A stretch of DNA of 64,000 bases. Origin: a virus. The stretch covers positions 31,455 through 95,454 of IMG/VR virus record IMGVR_UViG_3300042516_005631; one strand, given 5' to 3'. Shown here one piece after another: positions 46,347-57,352 of the stretch (positions within the stretch are counted from its first letter, which is position 1; every line of letters begins with the position of its first letter). A model generated the notes under the pieces. The model worked only from the letters and a program-made list of their open reading frames with translations. It searched no databases and was not told the origin of the DNA. The position numbers were made by a program, and so were the translations under genes.

Positions 46347-47558
46347 TCACGTTTGTTGTAATAAATATATGTTTTCATTTTTTATATTAATTAAATTATT
46401 TTGATATTCCTCTAAATGATTTATAGTTATTTTAAATATATCAAGTTCAAATTGGCCTATTTCACCACTTTCTTTAATAATAGGAGGTATTTGTTGAAGT
46501 AAATGGAAGTTTTGTTGAGTTAATTGAGTAGCATTAAATTCAATTACTATATCGTTTTCTCCAATTGGATCATTATGTCCTACATGAAACACTCGTTTAG
46601 TCAAATCAAATGAAGTATTTGATTGTTCTTGTTCAATATAAGAATCAATTATAACATGCATGTTATCTTCAATATAAATTCTATCACACCACGGTTCCAA
46701 TACTTTGACTAAGTCCATATTACAATTTTTGACTACATAAGCAATGTTATATTTTGGTGATATAATTGGATCCATTAAAGCAGTATGTTTAACGTTTGAG
46801 CCCCATTTACGGATAAATTCAAAAGTAGATTTATCCATATCTGCTTTCCATTTTGCATGTCTTTCTGGGTCCCCATCAAAGCTACCTGCTCCTCTACCTG
46901 TTAAATGGTATACAAGTGAGTTCCATGGTTGAATAAATTCAAACCCATCTAATTTCATTCGATTAAATATATCTGAGTCTTCTCTACAGGAGTGTAAAAT
47001 TGGGTCATGGCCTCCAAGTTCAAGATATTCGTTTTTATACATCATCCAAGGGGCAAAAATACCATTTGTAATTTTAGTGTCCTCAAGATGTTCATTTACA
47101 TATTGATTAAATTCCTCCTTTTTAAATTCTTCAGGCCATATTCCAAAATTAAGTAATATTTTTTCACCTCCGTTTGGGTGTAAAGGTGGTTCAACACGAG
47201 TTGAACAAACTACTGTTTTTGATTTTAAATGGTTAAATGCTTTCAAATCAGCATCTTTACCTAACATCATATCAGCATGAAATATCATAAAAATATCTGT
47301 TGTAGATTGTTCAATACAATAATCATATGCTTTACCAATACCAAACAATTTTTCACCTAAATTAGGATTAACAAAATATATTAAATTATATTCATCTTTA
47401 ACTTGTTCTAGCCATTCAATAGTTCCATCTTCATCTGAATCAACAAATACTAATATGTCATGGTCTTTTCTAAAGGCATTTTCCCTAATTGAGGGAATAC
47501 AAGTTTTAAGATATCGTAGATTGTTCTTGCTTGGAATACAGAATGTTATTTTATCCAT
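46347..47558 (-). CDS. Glycosyltransferase family 2
   Basis: ITFCIPSKN, VFVDSDEDGT, FHADM, GGHD and EDSD. Confidence 0.85.
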   Translation of the reverse strand: MDKITFCIPSKNNLRYLKTCIPSIRENAFRKDHDILVFVDSDEDGTIEWLEQVKDEYNLIYFVNPNLGEKLFGIGKAYDYCIEQSTTDIFMIFHADMMLGKDADLKAFNHLKSKTVVCSTRVEPPLHPNGGEKILLNFGIWPEEFKKEEFNQYVNEHLEDTKITNGIFAPWMMYKNEYLELGGHDPILHSCREDSDIFNRMKLDGFEFIQPWNSLVYHLTGRGAGSFDGDPERHAKWKADMDKSTFEFIRKWGSNVKHTALMDPIISPKYNIAYVVKNCNMDLVKVLEPWCDRIYIEDNMHVIIDSYIEQEQSNTSFDLTKRVFHVGHNDPIGENDIVIEFNATQLTQQNFHLLQQIPPIIKESGEIGQFELDIFKITINHLEEYQNNLINIKNENIYLLQQT

Positions 47559-48292
47559 TTTATATAAGTTTGTGTTTCTATAAATTTTATTTCTTCTATA
47601 TGCTTATCCGGGTATAACAATATACAATCTTCTTGATTTTCAGTACATAAAAGTCTATATGTTACATACCCCCATTTTTCTAATAATTTAATAACTTGTT
47701 GATCTTTTTCTCCATCTAGGTAATTTTCTATAAACATTAATGGATGATTATGTTTTATAGTTTTTTCTCCCCCTTTAATAGTTTCTAATTCAAAACCTTG
47801 TACATCTAATTTAATTAGATCTAATTTAGGTAGGTTTAAAGAATCAATTGTGATAATTTCAACATCTTCTTCTCCCTCATCAAGATTAGTTAATCCTCGT
47901 CCTCCATAATTAATACAATCTTCTGAAAAAAATTGGTCTTTAAGTGGGGACATTTTTAATTGTTCTTTTTTATCTCCTAAACCTAATCTAAATTGTTTTA
48001 CTATATCTGAAGCTCCATTAATTAATATATTAGTGGATAATAAATTAAATATTAATGGTTGGGGTTCAAAGCAATATACTTTTCCTTGGTTAGCTAAAGC
48101 AGCGAAACAGATTGTATGAAACCCTAGATTAGCTCCTCCATCTAAAATTATGTAATCTTGTTTAATAAAATTACTATAGAAAAGATATAGATGAGGTTCC
48201 CAAGACCCATAATTAGATATACAATTACTAATTAAATCTTTTTCTAGTAAACAAAATGTTCCGTAATTAGTTTCTTTAAAATTTATATTCAT
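47546..48292 (-). CDS. FkbM-family methyltransferase
   Basis: LDGGANLGFH, FEPQ and IKLDVQGFE. Confidence 0.9.
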   Translation of the reverse strand: MNINFKETNYGTFCLLEKDLISNCISNYGSWEPHLYLFYSNFIKQDYIILDGGANLGFHTICFAALANQGKVYCFEPQPLIFNLLSTNILINGASDIVKQFRLGLGDKKEQLKMSPLKDQFFSEDCINYGGRGLTNLDEGEEDVEIITIDSLNLPKLDLIKLDVQGFELETIKGGEKTIKHNHPLMFIENYLDGEKDQQVIKLLEKWGYVTYRLLCTENQEDCILLYPDKHIEEIKFIETQTYIKWIK

Positions 48293-49164
48293 ATTTTATT
48301 TATAAAATTTTGTATTTCCTTACTTAAATTAGACTCAGCTATTTGTCTAAATTCAATTTGTTTATCTATTAAAGATAAATAATCTTTATAGGGATTCCAA
48401 CGATATTTAAAGTTTTCAATAACTACTGAATTTTCTAAAACATATTGTTGGATATTATATCCTTTTTGTTTAATTATTCCACAACAAATCATAACGTATG
48501 TATCATCCACCCCATAAGGACCAAATGAATCAGGCATATCAGTCAATTGTAAAAGTTTAGTAGATAATAAATTAAACCATCCACCCCCAAATTTAAATGT
48601 TTCTATTGGTTTAAGATTTAAATCTTCTTGTACATACGTTATAACCTTAAATGGGTCGTTAGCGTAATATGTTTCCATACTAGCTGGGGTAGGTAGGTAT
48701 TTTTGGTTAACTAGTGCATCCCAACTGCTATCCCACATTCTAACTGTTTGAGGGGAAATTATATAATATTCGTTTTCTATTAGTTTAGCAGCCATAATCA
48801 TATAATTCAATAACCTAGATTCAAATACTAAATCAGTATCTAAATATAAAATATTATCTGCTTGGGTAGATCGAATTGCCTCTCTACGTTTATCATCACA
48901 CCCTAAACACTTATTTTCTTGATCAACTATAAATTGTGTTTGACACCAATCACATAGTTTTTCTATTTGTTTAAATTTATCAATGAAAAATTGTTTGGGG
49001 AGTTGTGATTGACTCCAATCAATTAAATTTAAATTTAAAGTAACATCTATTATTATATTGTCTTCTTTTTCTAGATGATAACTACCTTGTTTTAATTGTT
49101 TAATTTGCCATTCAAACCAATCAATTTCATGGGGTAGTAAATGTATAACTATTTGAGTAATCAT
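48289..49164 (-). CDS. Putative GT-A fold glycosyltransferase
   Basis: LYLDTD (DxD) and GPYGVDD; cluster context. Confidence 0.6.
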   Translation of the reverse strand: MITQIVIHLLPHEIDWFEWQIKQLKQGSYHLEKEDNIIIDVTLNLNLIDWSQSQLPKQFFIDKFKQIEKLCDWCQTQFIVDQENKCLGCDDKRREAIRSTQADNILYLDTDLVFESRLLNYMIMAAKLIENEYYIISPQTVRMWDSSWDALVNQKYLPTPASMETYYANDPFKVITYVQEDLNLKPIETFKFGGGWFNLLSTKLLQLTDMPDSFGPYGVDDTYVMICCGIIKQKGYNIQQYVLENSVVIENFKYRWNPYKDYLSLIDKQIEFRQIAESNLSKEIQNFINKI

Positions 49165-49862
49165 ATAAAATTTAATTCAATATCAGAAATAGATACATTG
49201 TTAGGATAATCTAGACCCCATATTGGATATGAGTCTTGAGATTTTTCAAATTTATCAATACATTTTTTATTAATAAAAGATAATTCTAATACATTAGGTA
49301 AAGTATGAGATTCATAGCTCCATGTTGAACCATAATTATTAGCATGAATATGATTTAAAATAAAATATTCATTTAAATTATTCATTAGATTTACAAATCT
49401 AGGTAAAATATCAGGACTATCAATCCAATGAACCTCTAATAATAACCCTGTAGTAATTTGGCTTATTTGAGATAAATCTGTATTTTCAAAATAGGAATAT
49501 TCATTTCCCTCAATATCTATTTTAAGAAGAACATCTCCTTTAAGTTGGAATTCCTTATAATGTTCCAAAAAATCTTTACATTGATACTCAAATCCAAGAC
49601 CTTCAGGAATATATTTTAATAAACCTTTTTCCCAAGGTGATTGATTTATAGTATGGTCAAATAAATATGCTGGTTTGTTATAGTTGTTTGAAAATGATTC
49701 TTCATATCTTATGTCTTGGGCTACTCCATATGTAAAAAGAAAATCACATTCTTTTAAAGCAACTTCAGAAATAACATACCCTCCATCACAATTAGGACCA
49801 AGACGAAGTTTTGGAGAAGAAACATCATATGGTGTCAATAAAGAAATTAAATTTGAATTCAT
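49161..49862 (-). CDS. Putative methyltransferase (Methyltransf_22/FkbM-like)
   Basis: RLG...DGGYVI, LKIDIEGNEY, HIHANNY and PNVLELSF. Confidence 0.75.
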   Translation of the reverse strand: MNSNLISLLTPYDVSSPKLRLGPNCDGGYVISEVALKECDFLFTYGVAQDIRYEESFSNNYNKPAYLFDHTINQSPWEKGLLKYIPEGLGFEYQCKDFLEHYKEFQLKGDVLLKIDIEGNEYSYFENTDLSQISQITTGLLLEVHWIDSPDILPRFVNLMNNLNEYFILNHIHANNYGSTWSYESHTLPNVLELSFINKKCIDKFEKSQDSYPIWGLDYPNNVSISDIELNFI

Positions 49863-49872
49863 ATTTTTGGTT

Positions 49873-50637
49873 TTAAATAAATTTACGAGCTATTTTATTA
49901 TATGTTGTGTTATGTTCTTTTATATATTCTGGGGTTAAATTTTTCAAATATGGATCCCATGACATTGTTTCCCAAACATGATGACAATATGCTGAAGAAA
50001 AATCTAAATCGTTTTCAAATAAATCTTTAATTCCTATATTATGGTATAATGGATAATGGAAACTATTATACGGTTCAATATGGAGTAATTCTGGGTATTG
50101 AGTGGAAAGGTAATGGGGCATTCTTACTGCGTGTTCATCCCAATATTGATCTCTTCCTTTGGATTTGTGGGATTGGTAACTTAAAAGCCAGTGCTGGATA
50201 AATTCACTGTTTGATTCAGCTAATATAACGCCATCACATAAACCTTCTACAGTTCCATCAGGATGACCTTGAATTCCTAGAACACATTTATTATTTAATA
50301 ATGGGGTAAAAGGTTTTACAGATATTGTATCTACATCCATGTATATTCCTCCTTCTTCCAATAATACTTGAAGTCTTATGACTCCTGTTTGGTGTGCTAT
50401 ATGAAGTAAAGGTCTTCCAAATATTTCTGTGGGTGGGTCTATTTGAACTAATTCAAGCTTATCTTCAATTTTTTCAAACCATTCCCCTGTAGGTTTATAT
50501 TTGTAATACAAATATGCTTTTTCAGGATTATTCAATTCAATAGCTGATTTAACTGCTAAATAATGGCAAAGACTCCAAGGTTTTCCTCCAAAAGTTTCAG
50601 ATAAACCAAATACAAAATGTAATTTATTAGGTATCAT
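49873..50637 (-). CDS. GT32-type (DxD, OCH1/A4GalT-like) glycosyltransferase
   Basis: IPNKLHFVF and RLQVLLEEGGIYMDVD. Confidence 0.85.
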   Translation of the reverse strand: MIPNKLHFVFGLSETFGGKPWSLCHYLAVKSAIELNNPEKAYLYYKYKPTGEWFEKIEDKLELVQIDPPTEIFGRPLLHIAHQTGVIRLQVLLEEGGIYMDVDTISVKPFTPLLNNKCVLGIQGHPDGTVEGLCDGVILAESNSEFIQHWLLSYQSHKSKGRDQYWDEHAVRMPHYLSTQYPELLHIEPYNSFHYPLYHNIGIKDLFENDLDFSSAYCHHVWETMSWDPYLKNLTPEYIKEHNTTYNKIARKFI

Positions 50638-50638
50638 T

Positions 50639-51649
50639 TTATTTTTTTAAAAGATTAATATCATTTATTACCATTTTAGTTACCATGTCACTAAAACTAG
50701 TTCTAGGTTCCCAGCCTAACATTTGTTTAGCTTTGGTATAATTTCCTCTCAATATATCAACTTCTGCAGGTCTCATAAATCTTGGATCTTGTTTAATATA
50801 TTGCTTCCAATTTTCAATTCCAATTACTTTAAATGCTTCATCTAAAAACTCTCTAATGGATCTAGTTTCTCCTGTAGCAATAACGTAATCATCTGGGGTG
50901 TCTTGTTGGAGCATTAACCACATGGCTTCAACATAGTCTGGGGCGTATCCCCAATCTCTTTTAGCATCTAAATTTCCAAGAGAAATATGGTCTGAAAGTC
51001 CTAGATGGATTCTAGCTACTCCATCAGATATTTTTCTAGTAACAAATTCAATTCCTCTTCTTTCAGATTCATGATTAAATAAAATACCTGAACAGGCAAA
51101 CATATCATATGATTCGCGATAGTTTTTAGTAATCCAATGCCCGTACAATTTTGCTACTCCGTATGGTGAGCGTGGATAAAATGGGGTATTTTCATTAGCT
51201 GGATTTTCAACCATGCGACCAAACATTTCTGAGCTTGATGCTTGGTAAAATTTAATATTAGGATTAAATTCTCTAATAGCTTCTAAAATCCTTAATACAC
51301 CTAATCCTGTAACTTCAGAAGTATGTTCTGGGGTTTGCCAGCTTTGTCCTACGAATGATTGGGCAGCTAAATTATAAATTTCATCGGGATTAGTTTCTTT
51401 TAAAACTCTAAATAAACTATTCTGGTCTGTTAAATCTCCATCAACGAAAGTTATTTTATTTTCCAAATGGGAAGTATTAGTTCGTTGTTTAGAAGAACTT
51501 CTCCTTTCCATTCCATACACATTGTAATCTTTTTCTAAAAGAAAATCAGCTAAATGACTTCCATCCATTCCATTTATTCCTGTAATTAGAGCTGTTTTCT
51601 TTGGAGTATAACTTGGCCTTTCCAAGTCAGTATAGATTTCATTTTTCAT
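50639..51649 (-). CDS. gmd: GDP-mannose 4,6-dehydratase
   Basis: ALITGINGMDGSHLA, NLAAQSFV, YQASSSEMFG, PRSPYGVAK, FNHES and GNLDAKRDWG. Confidence 0.95.
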   Translation of the reverse strand: MKNEIYTDLERPSYTPKKTALITGINGMDGSHLADFLLEKDYNVYGMERRSSSKQRTNTSHLENKITFVDGDLTDQNSLFRVLKETNPDEIYNLAAQSFVGQSWQTPEHTSEVTGLGVLRILEAIREFNPNIKFYQASSSEMFGRMVENPANENTPFYPRSPYGVAKLYGHWITKNYRESYDMFACSGILFNHESERRGIEFVTRKISDGVARIHLGLSDHISLGNLDAKRDWGYAPDYVEAMWLMLQQDTPDDYVIATGETRSIREFLDEAFKVIGIENWKQYIKQDPRFMRPAEVDILRGNYTKAKQMLGWEPRTSFSDMVTKMVINDINLLKK

Positions 51650-51652
51650 AAT

Positions 51653-52372
51653 TTATTTTAATTTAAAAATTTCATTAAAAGTGGTATATGACCTACCCCC
51701 CCCATCATTACCCCATCCACCATATGGACCAGGACCAAATTTTCCAGGAGAATATAAAGATGATACATCATCTATGTTAGAGTCATTAATATTTAATTCT
51801 TTTAATTTTTTTCTAGAAACAAAAAAAGCATTTACTCCTCTTGAATCTGTACCAACTAAAGAATAATCAAATAGATTACATAATTTAGTAAAACTTAATA
51901 ATGAAGCCCCATAATAGTTACTTCCATTCCATGATAATTGAGAATCATATACAACTACTTTATCTTCATCTGGGCCCAGAGCTACATTATATTCACACAC
52001 AATTATATCAGATTCGTAATGTTTTAATATTTCATGTAAAACATAAAAATCAGTAGAATCTATATCAATTGAAAGTAATTCTAATTTTTTAGGTACATTT
52101 AATGTTTGCAAAATGTCTATAATATTTTCTTTATTTACAAAGTATTTAAATAAATTAATTGATTCATTTTGATGACCTCCATCTATCATTACTCCATTCC
52201 ATTGAAAATTTTCCCTAAGATATCTAGTATTACATTCAACACCACTTTCTGTTCCTATTTCCAAATATGTTTTGTTATATACGTTTTGATATAAAAGACC
52301 AATTAGATATTCTATTATACCGTCTTCTCCATTTTGGGAGAATACTTTTTTTTCGTAAAGATGTAAATTCAT
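51653..52372 (-). CDS. FkbM-like methyltransferase-fold protein
   Basis: SQNGEDGII, LSIDIDSTD, CEYN and YYGASL. Confidence 0.7.
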   Translation of the reverse strand: MNLHLYEKKVFSQNGEDGIIEYLIGLLYQNVYNKTYLEIGTESGVECNTRYLRENFQWNGVMIDGGHQNESINLFKYFVNKENIIDILQTLNVPKKLELLSIDIDSTDFYVLHEILKHYESDIIVCEYNVALGPDEDKVVVYDSQLSWNGSNYYGASLLSFTKLCNLFDYSLVGTDSRGVNAFFVSRKKLKELNINDSNIDDVSSLYSPGKFGPGPYGGWGNDGGGRSYTTFNEIFKLK

Positions 52373-52998
52373 TATGTTAAATTATTGTATAAATTGTTTT
52401 GTTTTTCTTGTTTTTCTATTGTTTTTGGATGATATAGAGCAAATTCTTCAATTATTGGTAAATGAGTCCAAACTTTAAACCCCTCTAATCGCTCATGCAC
52501 TTTATTTACCCATTTAATTTCCGGTTTATTTTTATATATTCTCCATTGCTCATCAGGCCAGTTAACCCAACCCTTTTCATCTACTCGCCATCCCCATTTT
52601 TGAATATGTTCTTGAGTTAAACCCTTTACTGTATTAACTCTAGGTACCATAATCACATCACATTCTATATTTTCCTCTAGAATTTCTGGGAGTACTTCAA
52701 TGAGTTTTTCATGGGGTATTTCATCTGCATCAATTTGGAAAATATAATCTCCACTGCAAAATGAAGTTAATTTGTTTTTCCAGTTGGCGAAATGCCTGTC
52801 AAATTTTGCTTTATGCCAGGCAAATTCACCATTAACTGAATGGGAGCGGAGAAAACTCTCTATCTCGGGGTCACCATTTGCTTCATCATATAGGATTACA
52901 ATATTGTCTTGGGTACGTTTATGCCGAAGCAAAAAGTGCACTAAACGTTGAATTTCAATGAATTCGTTACAAACTGTAATTGCGTATGTAATTGTCAT
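52372..52998 (-). CDS. Glycosyltransferase family 2 (WaaE/KdtX-like)
   Basis: FANWKN, IFQIDADE and WVNKVHE. Confidence 0.85.
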   Translation of the reverse strand: MTITYAITVCNEFIEIQRLVHFLLRHKRTQDNIVILYDEANGDPEIESFLRSHSVNGEFAWHKAKFDRHFANWKNKLTSFCSGDYIFQIDADEIPHEKLIEVLPEILEENIECDVIMVPRVNTVKGLTQEHIQKWGWRVDEKGWVNWPDEQWRIYKNKPEIKWVNKVHERLEGFKVWTHLPIIEEFALYHPKTIEKQEKQNNLYNNLT

Positions 52999-53043
52999 AT
53001 AACTTTTATTTTCTTGGAGTATACAAAACTTTTTTCAAATGTC

Positions 53044-53511
53044 CTAGTTATTTTGGAAAATTCCAATATAATCTAGAGCTTCAATATAGTCACGCTCATC
53101 AAACATTCTCATGTTTTGCATGTCCATTTTGTATTCCATGAACTCTCCCGGTTTACCTGGGACTGGATGGTTTAATCTTTCGTTTTCTGGGATTTTGATT
53201 GATTTGACTGCTGCCCAACCCCAATCTTTTATATCGGTTCCGTTAGCAAATACCATTCCTAAACCTGGTTGGTTAATTGTGTTTGGGATCCAAGTTAATC
53301 CTGTTTTTTCATCTACCCAAGATAAATCTTTATACAATTCAGGTAAAGTTTCCATTTGTACTTCATAGAATTCTTCACCTTCTTTCATTAAACTGTTGGT
53401 CCAAAAACCACAGCTCAAACTCATGTAGTTTGAAATATCAGGGGTAACCTGTGTTTTGTAACATAAGTCACCTCCTGATTTGGGGCAATTAATTATTTCT
53501 TCGTGTTGCAT
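53044..53511 (-). CDS. Conserved hypothetical protein
   Basis: 155-aa ORF with Cys residues at the N-terminus. Confidence 0.55.
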   Translation of the reverse strand: MQHEEIINCPKSGGDLCYKTQVTPDISNYMSLSCGFWTNSLMKEGEEFYEVQMETLPELYKDLSWVDEKTGLTWIPNTINQPGLGMVFANGTDIKDWGWAAVKSIKIPENERLNHPVPGKPGEFMEYKMDMQNMRMFDERDYIEALDYIGIFQNN

Positions 53512-53515
53512 ATTT

Positions 53516-54028
53516 TTATTTTTTTAAGATTTGCACCCCTCCACTTTCATTGGTTAATAAAGTATAGTTTAGAGGAATATCTATACCTTTTAAAGCATAT
53601 TTGTAGATCGCGTTCTTTTGTCCTTTTTTTCCTATATTTTCTTTTGTAAAACTATCTTCACCTTCTATATATAATCCTTTAGGAAAATATTCTTTTATGA
53701 ACTGCTCTATACATTTAAATACTGTTGATATTAAAGAAGTATATTCTTTAAGAGAATAATTTATATCTAAATTTTCATAACTACTTCCATTTACCGTAAA
53801 ATCTATTTCATAGAATTCACTATTTAATTTGTGAAATATAACTTGAATATTGTTTTCTTGGTTATCTTTAAAAGGTTCACATTTAATTTCATGCCCAGAA
53901 TCAAAAAATATAAATTCTGTTTTAAAAGGGGATGAGTCAAATATTTCTTGTAAAGATAATTGTTTTTGAATTTCCTCCTTAATAACTTGTTTTAAAGAAT
54001 TTTTATAGTTATAACTTCTGAGTTTCAT
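53516..54028 (-). CDS. Hypothetical protein with LKQVIKEE N-terminal motif
   Basis: Motif shared with other putative head-packaged proteins. Confidence 0.55.
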   Translation of the reverse strand: MKLRSYNYKNSLKQVIKEEIQKQLSLQEIFDSSPFKTEFIFFDSGHEIKCEPFKDNQENNIQVIFHKLNSEFYEIDFTVNGSSYENLDINYSLKEYTSLISTVFKCIEQFIKEYFPKGLYIEGEDSFTKENIGKKGQKNAIYKYALKGIDIPLNYTLLTNESGGVQILKK

Positions 54029-55319
54029 TTGTTTCTACTTTTTTGAGTTTTGGAAGCTCTATTTTGGAAAGTTTTGGTAATTGCAGTTGCACATGTTTTG
54101 GAAACTCAGGTATACGTTGAGTGAATACAGTATCCAATTTTTCTTTCATTGCATCAAACGAAAATTTAGATCTTGATTGGAATCCTTGTCGTTTTGCATT
54201 GTCTGCATATCCTTTATAGTTTTCAAATACATCTTTTAAATAGTGTCCAACATGTCCAGTATCAACAGAAAACCATTGTGATTCAGCTAGTAACATATTA
54301 TTTGCCGCACTCGGGTGTACATTTGTTAATTGACCAGGTAATAACGTTGTAAATTCAGGATTTAAATAATCAATATGACCGCTCCAATTTGTTGTAATGA
54401 TTGGTTTGTTTACTAAAGAAAACTCAAGTAATGGACGACCAAACCCTTCTCCTTTAGTTAAATTAACCATTGCTTTAACTTTTGAATGATTATATATCTC
54501 ATTCATTTCCTCGTTTGTAAATTCACCATGTAGTAAATAAACATTAGGTAAGTTATTTGATTTGCAAGTATCCTTAATTGCTTTAATTTTCTTTAATAGT
54601 TCATCTCTATCCATATAAGAGGATCCTACTTGAGATGTTTTTAAAATTAACGCTGGTTTTTTGCTTTTGTTTTTAAATGTTTCAAAGAATGCTTTTACAA
54701 GTAATCCTACATTTTTTCTATCCTCACCTAATTGTCCTTGCATCCAATGACCTACAAATAAATAAGCAAATTCCTCTTTAATTGAAGATAAATCAAAAGT
54801 TGATTTGGTTGGTTTATATGTTTCAATGTCTGCTCCCTCAAATATAACCTCACTATTTCCATTCCACTCAACCATTCCTACCGTTTGGTTTGTTTGTTGA
54901 TCACGTTTTTCAAATTTGCTATTTTTAAGTACCTCAATTGTATGTTTTGAGGAACCTAAAATTAAATTCATACGTGAACATCCTTCAACCCATTCTGCTG
55001 GGGCAATTGTTGTTTCAATTCCTGCGGTACAACCAATGTTGTATTTTCCAATTGGTTGAAATTCATTTGGAACTGTAATTTGCATCCAAATTTCAGGTTG
55101 TGCATTTAATTGAGGTGAGGATAAAATATGTGGTGTTAAAAATGACCATTCGGGATTATCTTTAATAAATCCTTTAGGTGTTGCACCCCATCGTTGAGGT
55201 AAAACTTTAACATCATATTTGTCTAGTTCAATGATTGCTTTAACTATATCTCTAGAACGTGCTCCATATCCACTATAAGTGTCAATTGGGCAACTAATTA
55301 CAAAAACTGGTTTGCTCAT
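54009..55319 (-). CDS. Glycosyltransferase, GT-B (GT4-like)
   Basis: SGYGARSR, RKNVG and GEGFGRPLLE...PIITTNWSG. Confidence 0.85.
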   Translation of the reverse strand: MSKPVFVISCPIDTYSGYGARSRDIVKAIIELDKYDVKVLPQRWGATPKGFIKDNPEWSFLTPHILSSPQLNAQPEIWMQITVPNEFQPIGKYNIGCTAGIETTIAPAEWVEGCSRMNLILGSSKHTIEVLKNSKFEKRDQQTNQTVGMVEWNGNSEVIFEGADIETYKPTKSTFDLSSIKEEFAYLFVGHWMQGQLGEDRKNVGLLVKAFFETFKNKSKKPALILKTSQVGSSYMDRDELLKKIKAIKDTCKSNNLPNVYLLHGEFTNEEMNEIYNHSKVKAMVNLTKGEGFGRPLLEFSLVNKPIITTNWSGHIDYLNPEFTTLLPGQLTNVHPSAANNMLLAESQWFSVDTGHVGHYLKDVFENYKGYADNAKRQGFQSRSKFSFDAMKEKLDTVFTQRIPEFPKHVQLQLPKLSKIELPKLKKVETNETQKL

Positions 55320-55323
55320 AATT

Positions 55324-56763
55324 TTAGTATAATAATTCGTGTTTAATTGTATCTTCTTTTATTTCATTACAGTTGATTAACTCATATTTTGAGCGTGGAG
55401 TCCACGTGTCAAATAATTGATCTATCGCGTTAATTGCTCTAACTCCCATATGCTCACCAGTTAAACCAGCTTCATTTAAAGCCCAATGTCTTCCTGTTTT
55501 ACCAAGTTCTTTTCTTGTTTTTCTATCTATTGCATATACTTCGGATATACGAGCGGCTGCATCCTCTGCTGTACATCTATCATCCCAAATATAAGGTGTT
55601 TTAGGTGAACCTTGAATTGAACGATTTGTTGGATAAACCGGAAATGCCCATGAACCATGATTTTTTAATCTACCTGTATTGTTTGAAGGTAATTTTGGTG
55701 TTGGTGTAAACCAATTTCCATACTCGTCTTCAAATCGCATTTGATCTTGCATTCCACCAGTTACATTAGCTATAATTATAGTTCCTGCTAAAATTGCTTC
55801 TGTTAATGATAAGCCCCAACCCTCGTTTGATGTTAATAAAATTTGAGCATCCGCAATGTTATACAACATGTTTAGTTGTCTATGGTCTAATTTATTTGTT
55901 GAAAAATAAATTGCGTTTGGATAATCTTGGAATAATATTTTTCTAACTGCCTCTAAATCAGTTCCATGCTCCGAAATTATTTCGGTATGTAAAACCATAG
56001 CACATTTTTCTGCTTTTTCTTTTGGCAATGTATCTAAAAAGAATCTAAACGCAAGCATCGTATCCGGAATCTGTTTACGTCTAATATTTCTTGAATTAAA
56101 AAATACTATAAAATCTTTTTCTTCTCCCAAAAACAAATTTTTCTTGAATATCTCTAATTCTGTTAATTCATCTGCTTTTTCAATCGGATAAAAATGCTCT
56201 TCGTTTAAACCATGAGGAACGTACTCAATTACTTTATTTTTTGCTTTTTCACCTAAAACAAGTTCATTAATTAATTTTGTTTGTTTTGAAATTGCAAGTA
56301 ATGCATCACACGACTCGTAAAATGCTTTGTTGTACAACGGTGCTGGATAATCATCCCAGATGTTCAAATAAATGATTGGTATGTGTTTTCTGATCTCGTT
56401 TTCAATCATAAACAACCACTCAAAATATCTTGGATCCGTTATAAGCATAATTGCATCTGGTTTTTCCAATTCAATCATATGTCTGATTAAATCGGCATCA
56501 CCGTAACCATTTACCGGATATAAGAAAACAGAAGCATCTGTTATACCCGAGTTGGTGTTTGTATCTGCTGATAAATCAAAGCGTTTTCCTTGTTCTGGAT
56601 GATTAATTGCTCCTGCAATATTAACCCAATTGAAATGTTGGGCTGTGTTTAAAACTAATTCACGCGCAACTGTTGCTACACCCGAGTGTACTCTAATGTC
56701 GTCGCAAATTAATAGAATTTTTTTCCTCTTGTTTTGAGGTAAATAACCAAATTTTTCTTTCAT
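55324..56763 (-). CDS. Glycosyltransferase, GT-B (GT4-like)
   Basis: SGVATV, VPHG, RNIRRK and NEGWGLSLTEA...GG. Confidence 0.85.
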   Translation of the reverse strand: MKEKFGYLPQNKRKKILLICDDIRVHSGVATVARELVLNTAQHFNWVNIAGAINHPEQGKRFDLSADTNTNSGITDASVFLYPVNGYGDADLIRHMIELEKPDAIMLITDPRYFEWLFMIENEIRKHIPIIYLNIWDDYPAPLYNKAFYESCDALLAISKQTKLINELVLGEKAKNKVIEYVPHGLNEEHFYPIEKADELTELEIFKKNLFLGEEKDFIVFFNSRNIRRKQIPDTMLAFRFFLDTLPKEKAEKCAMVLHTEIISEHGTDLEAVRKILFQDYPNAIYFSTNKLDHRQLNMLYNIADAQILLTSNEGWGLSLTEAILAGTIIIANVTGGMQDQMRFEDEYGNWFTPTPKLPSNNTGRLKNHGSWAFPVYPTNRSIQGSPKTPYIWDDRCTAEDAAARISEVYAIDRKTRKELGKTGRHWALNEAGLTGEHMGVRAINAIDQLFDTWTPRSKYELINCNEIKEDTIKHELLY

Positions 56764-56814
56764 GTAACTTTTATTTTATTTTTAAATGTAAAAAATTAAT
56801 TTTTGTTTTCCAAG

Positions 56815-57351
56815 TTATTTATTTAAAATCAATATTTCTTTTCCAAATTGTTTAATTTCTAGATATGGATATTTCTCTTTACATACTTCTGCTGCTTTCC
56901 AAAATATGTTAAAGCGATATTCATCTATTGGGTGAATTTTAATCATTGAGAGTTTATTAGCTAAAAATCTAGGGACAATTTCATCTCTTAAAATTTTAAC
57001 CCAAGTATCGGATCTTCTATCATCTGAACCACCTTGGAATGAAGTTGGGTCAACTTGATCTTTTACTTTTTGGTAATCAAATACCCTGATTTCTTCTCCT
57101 TTTAAATTTTTAACTATGTAAAAAGTTTCAAAATATTTATTGATTGGATTAAATCTTACTCCAATAGTATTTCCATATTTATCTTGAAATATCCACTCAT
57201 TTTCACTAATCTCTTCAAAATCATAAGCCATTTCGGGATTAGCTAATTCTTGAATATATCTACTTTCTTCATACCAAGTAGCTTCATATTCATTTAAATT
57301 TCTTTCTTGGGACTCTTTTATGATATTTCCCAATAGTTTCATTAATCGCAT
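56815..57351 (-). CDS. Hypothetical protein with MKLLGNIIKE N-terminal motif
   Basis: Motif shared with other putative head-packaged proteins. Confidence 0.55.
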   Translation of the reverse strand: MRLMKLLGNIIKESQERNLNEYEATWYEESRYIQELANPEMAYDFEEISENEWIFQDKYGNTIGVRFNPINKYFETFYIVKNLKGEEIRVFDYQKVKDQVDPTSFQGGSDDRRSDTWVKILRDEIVPRFLANKLSMIKIHPIDEYRFNIFWKAAEVCKEKYPYLEIKQFGKEILILNK

Positions 57352-57352
57352 T

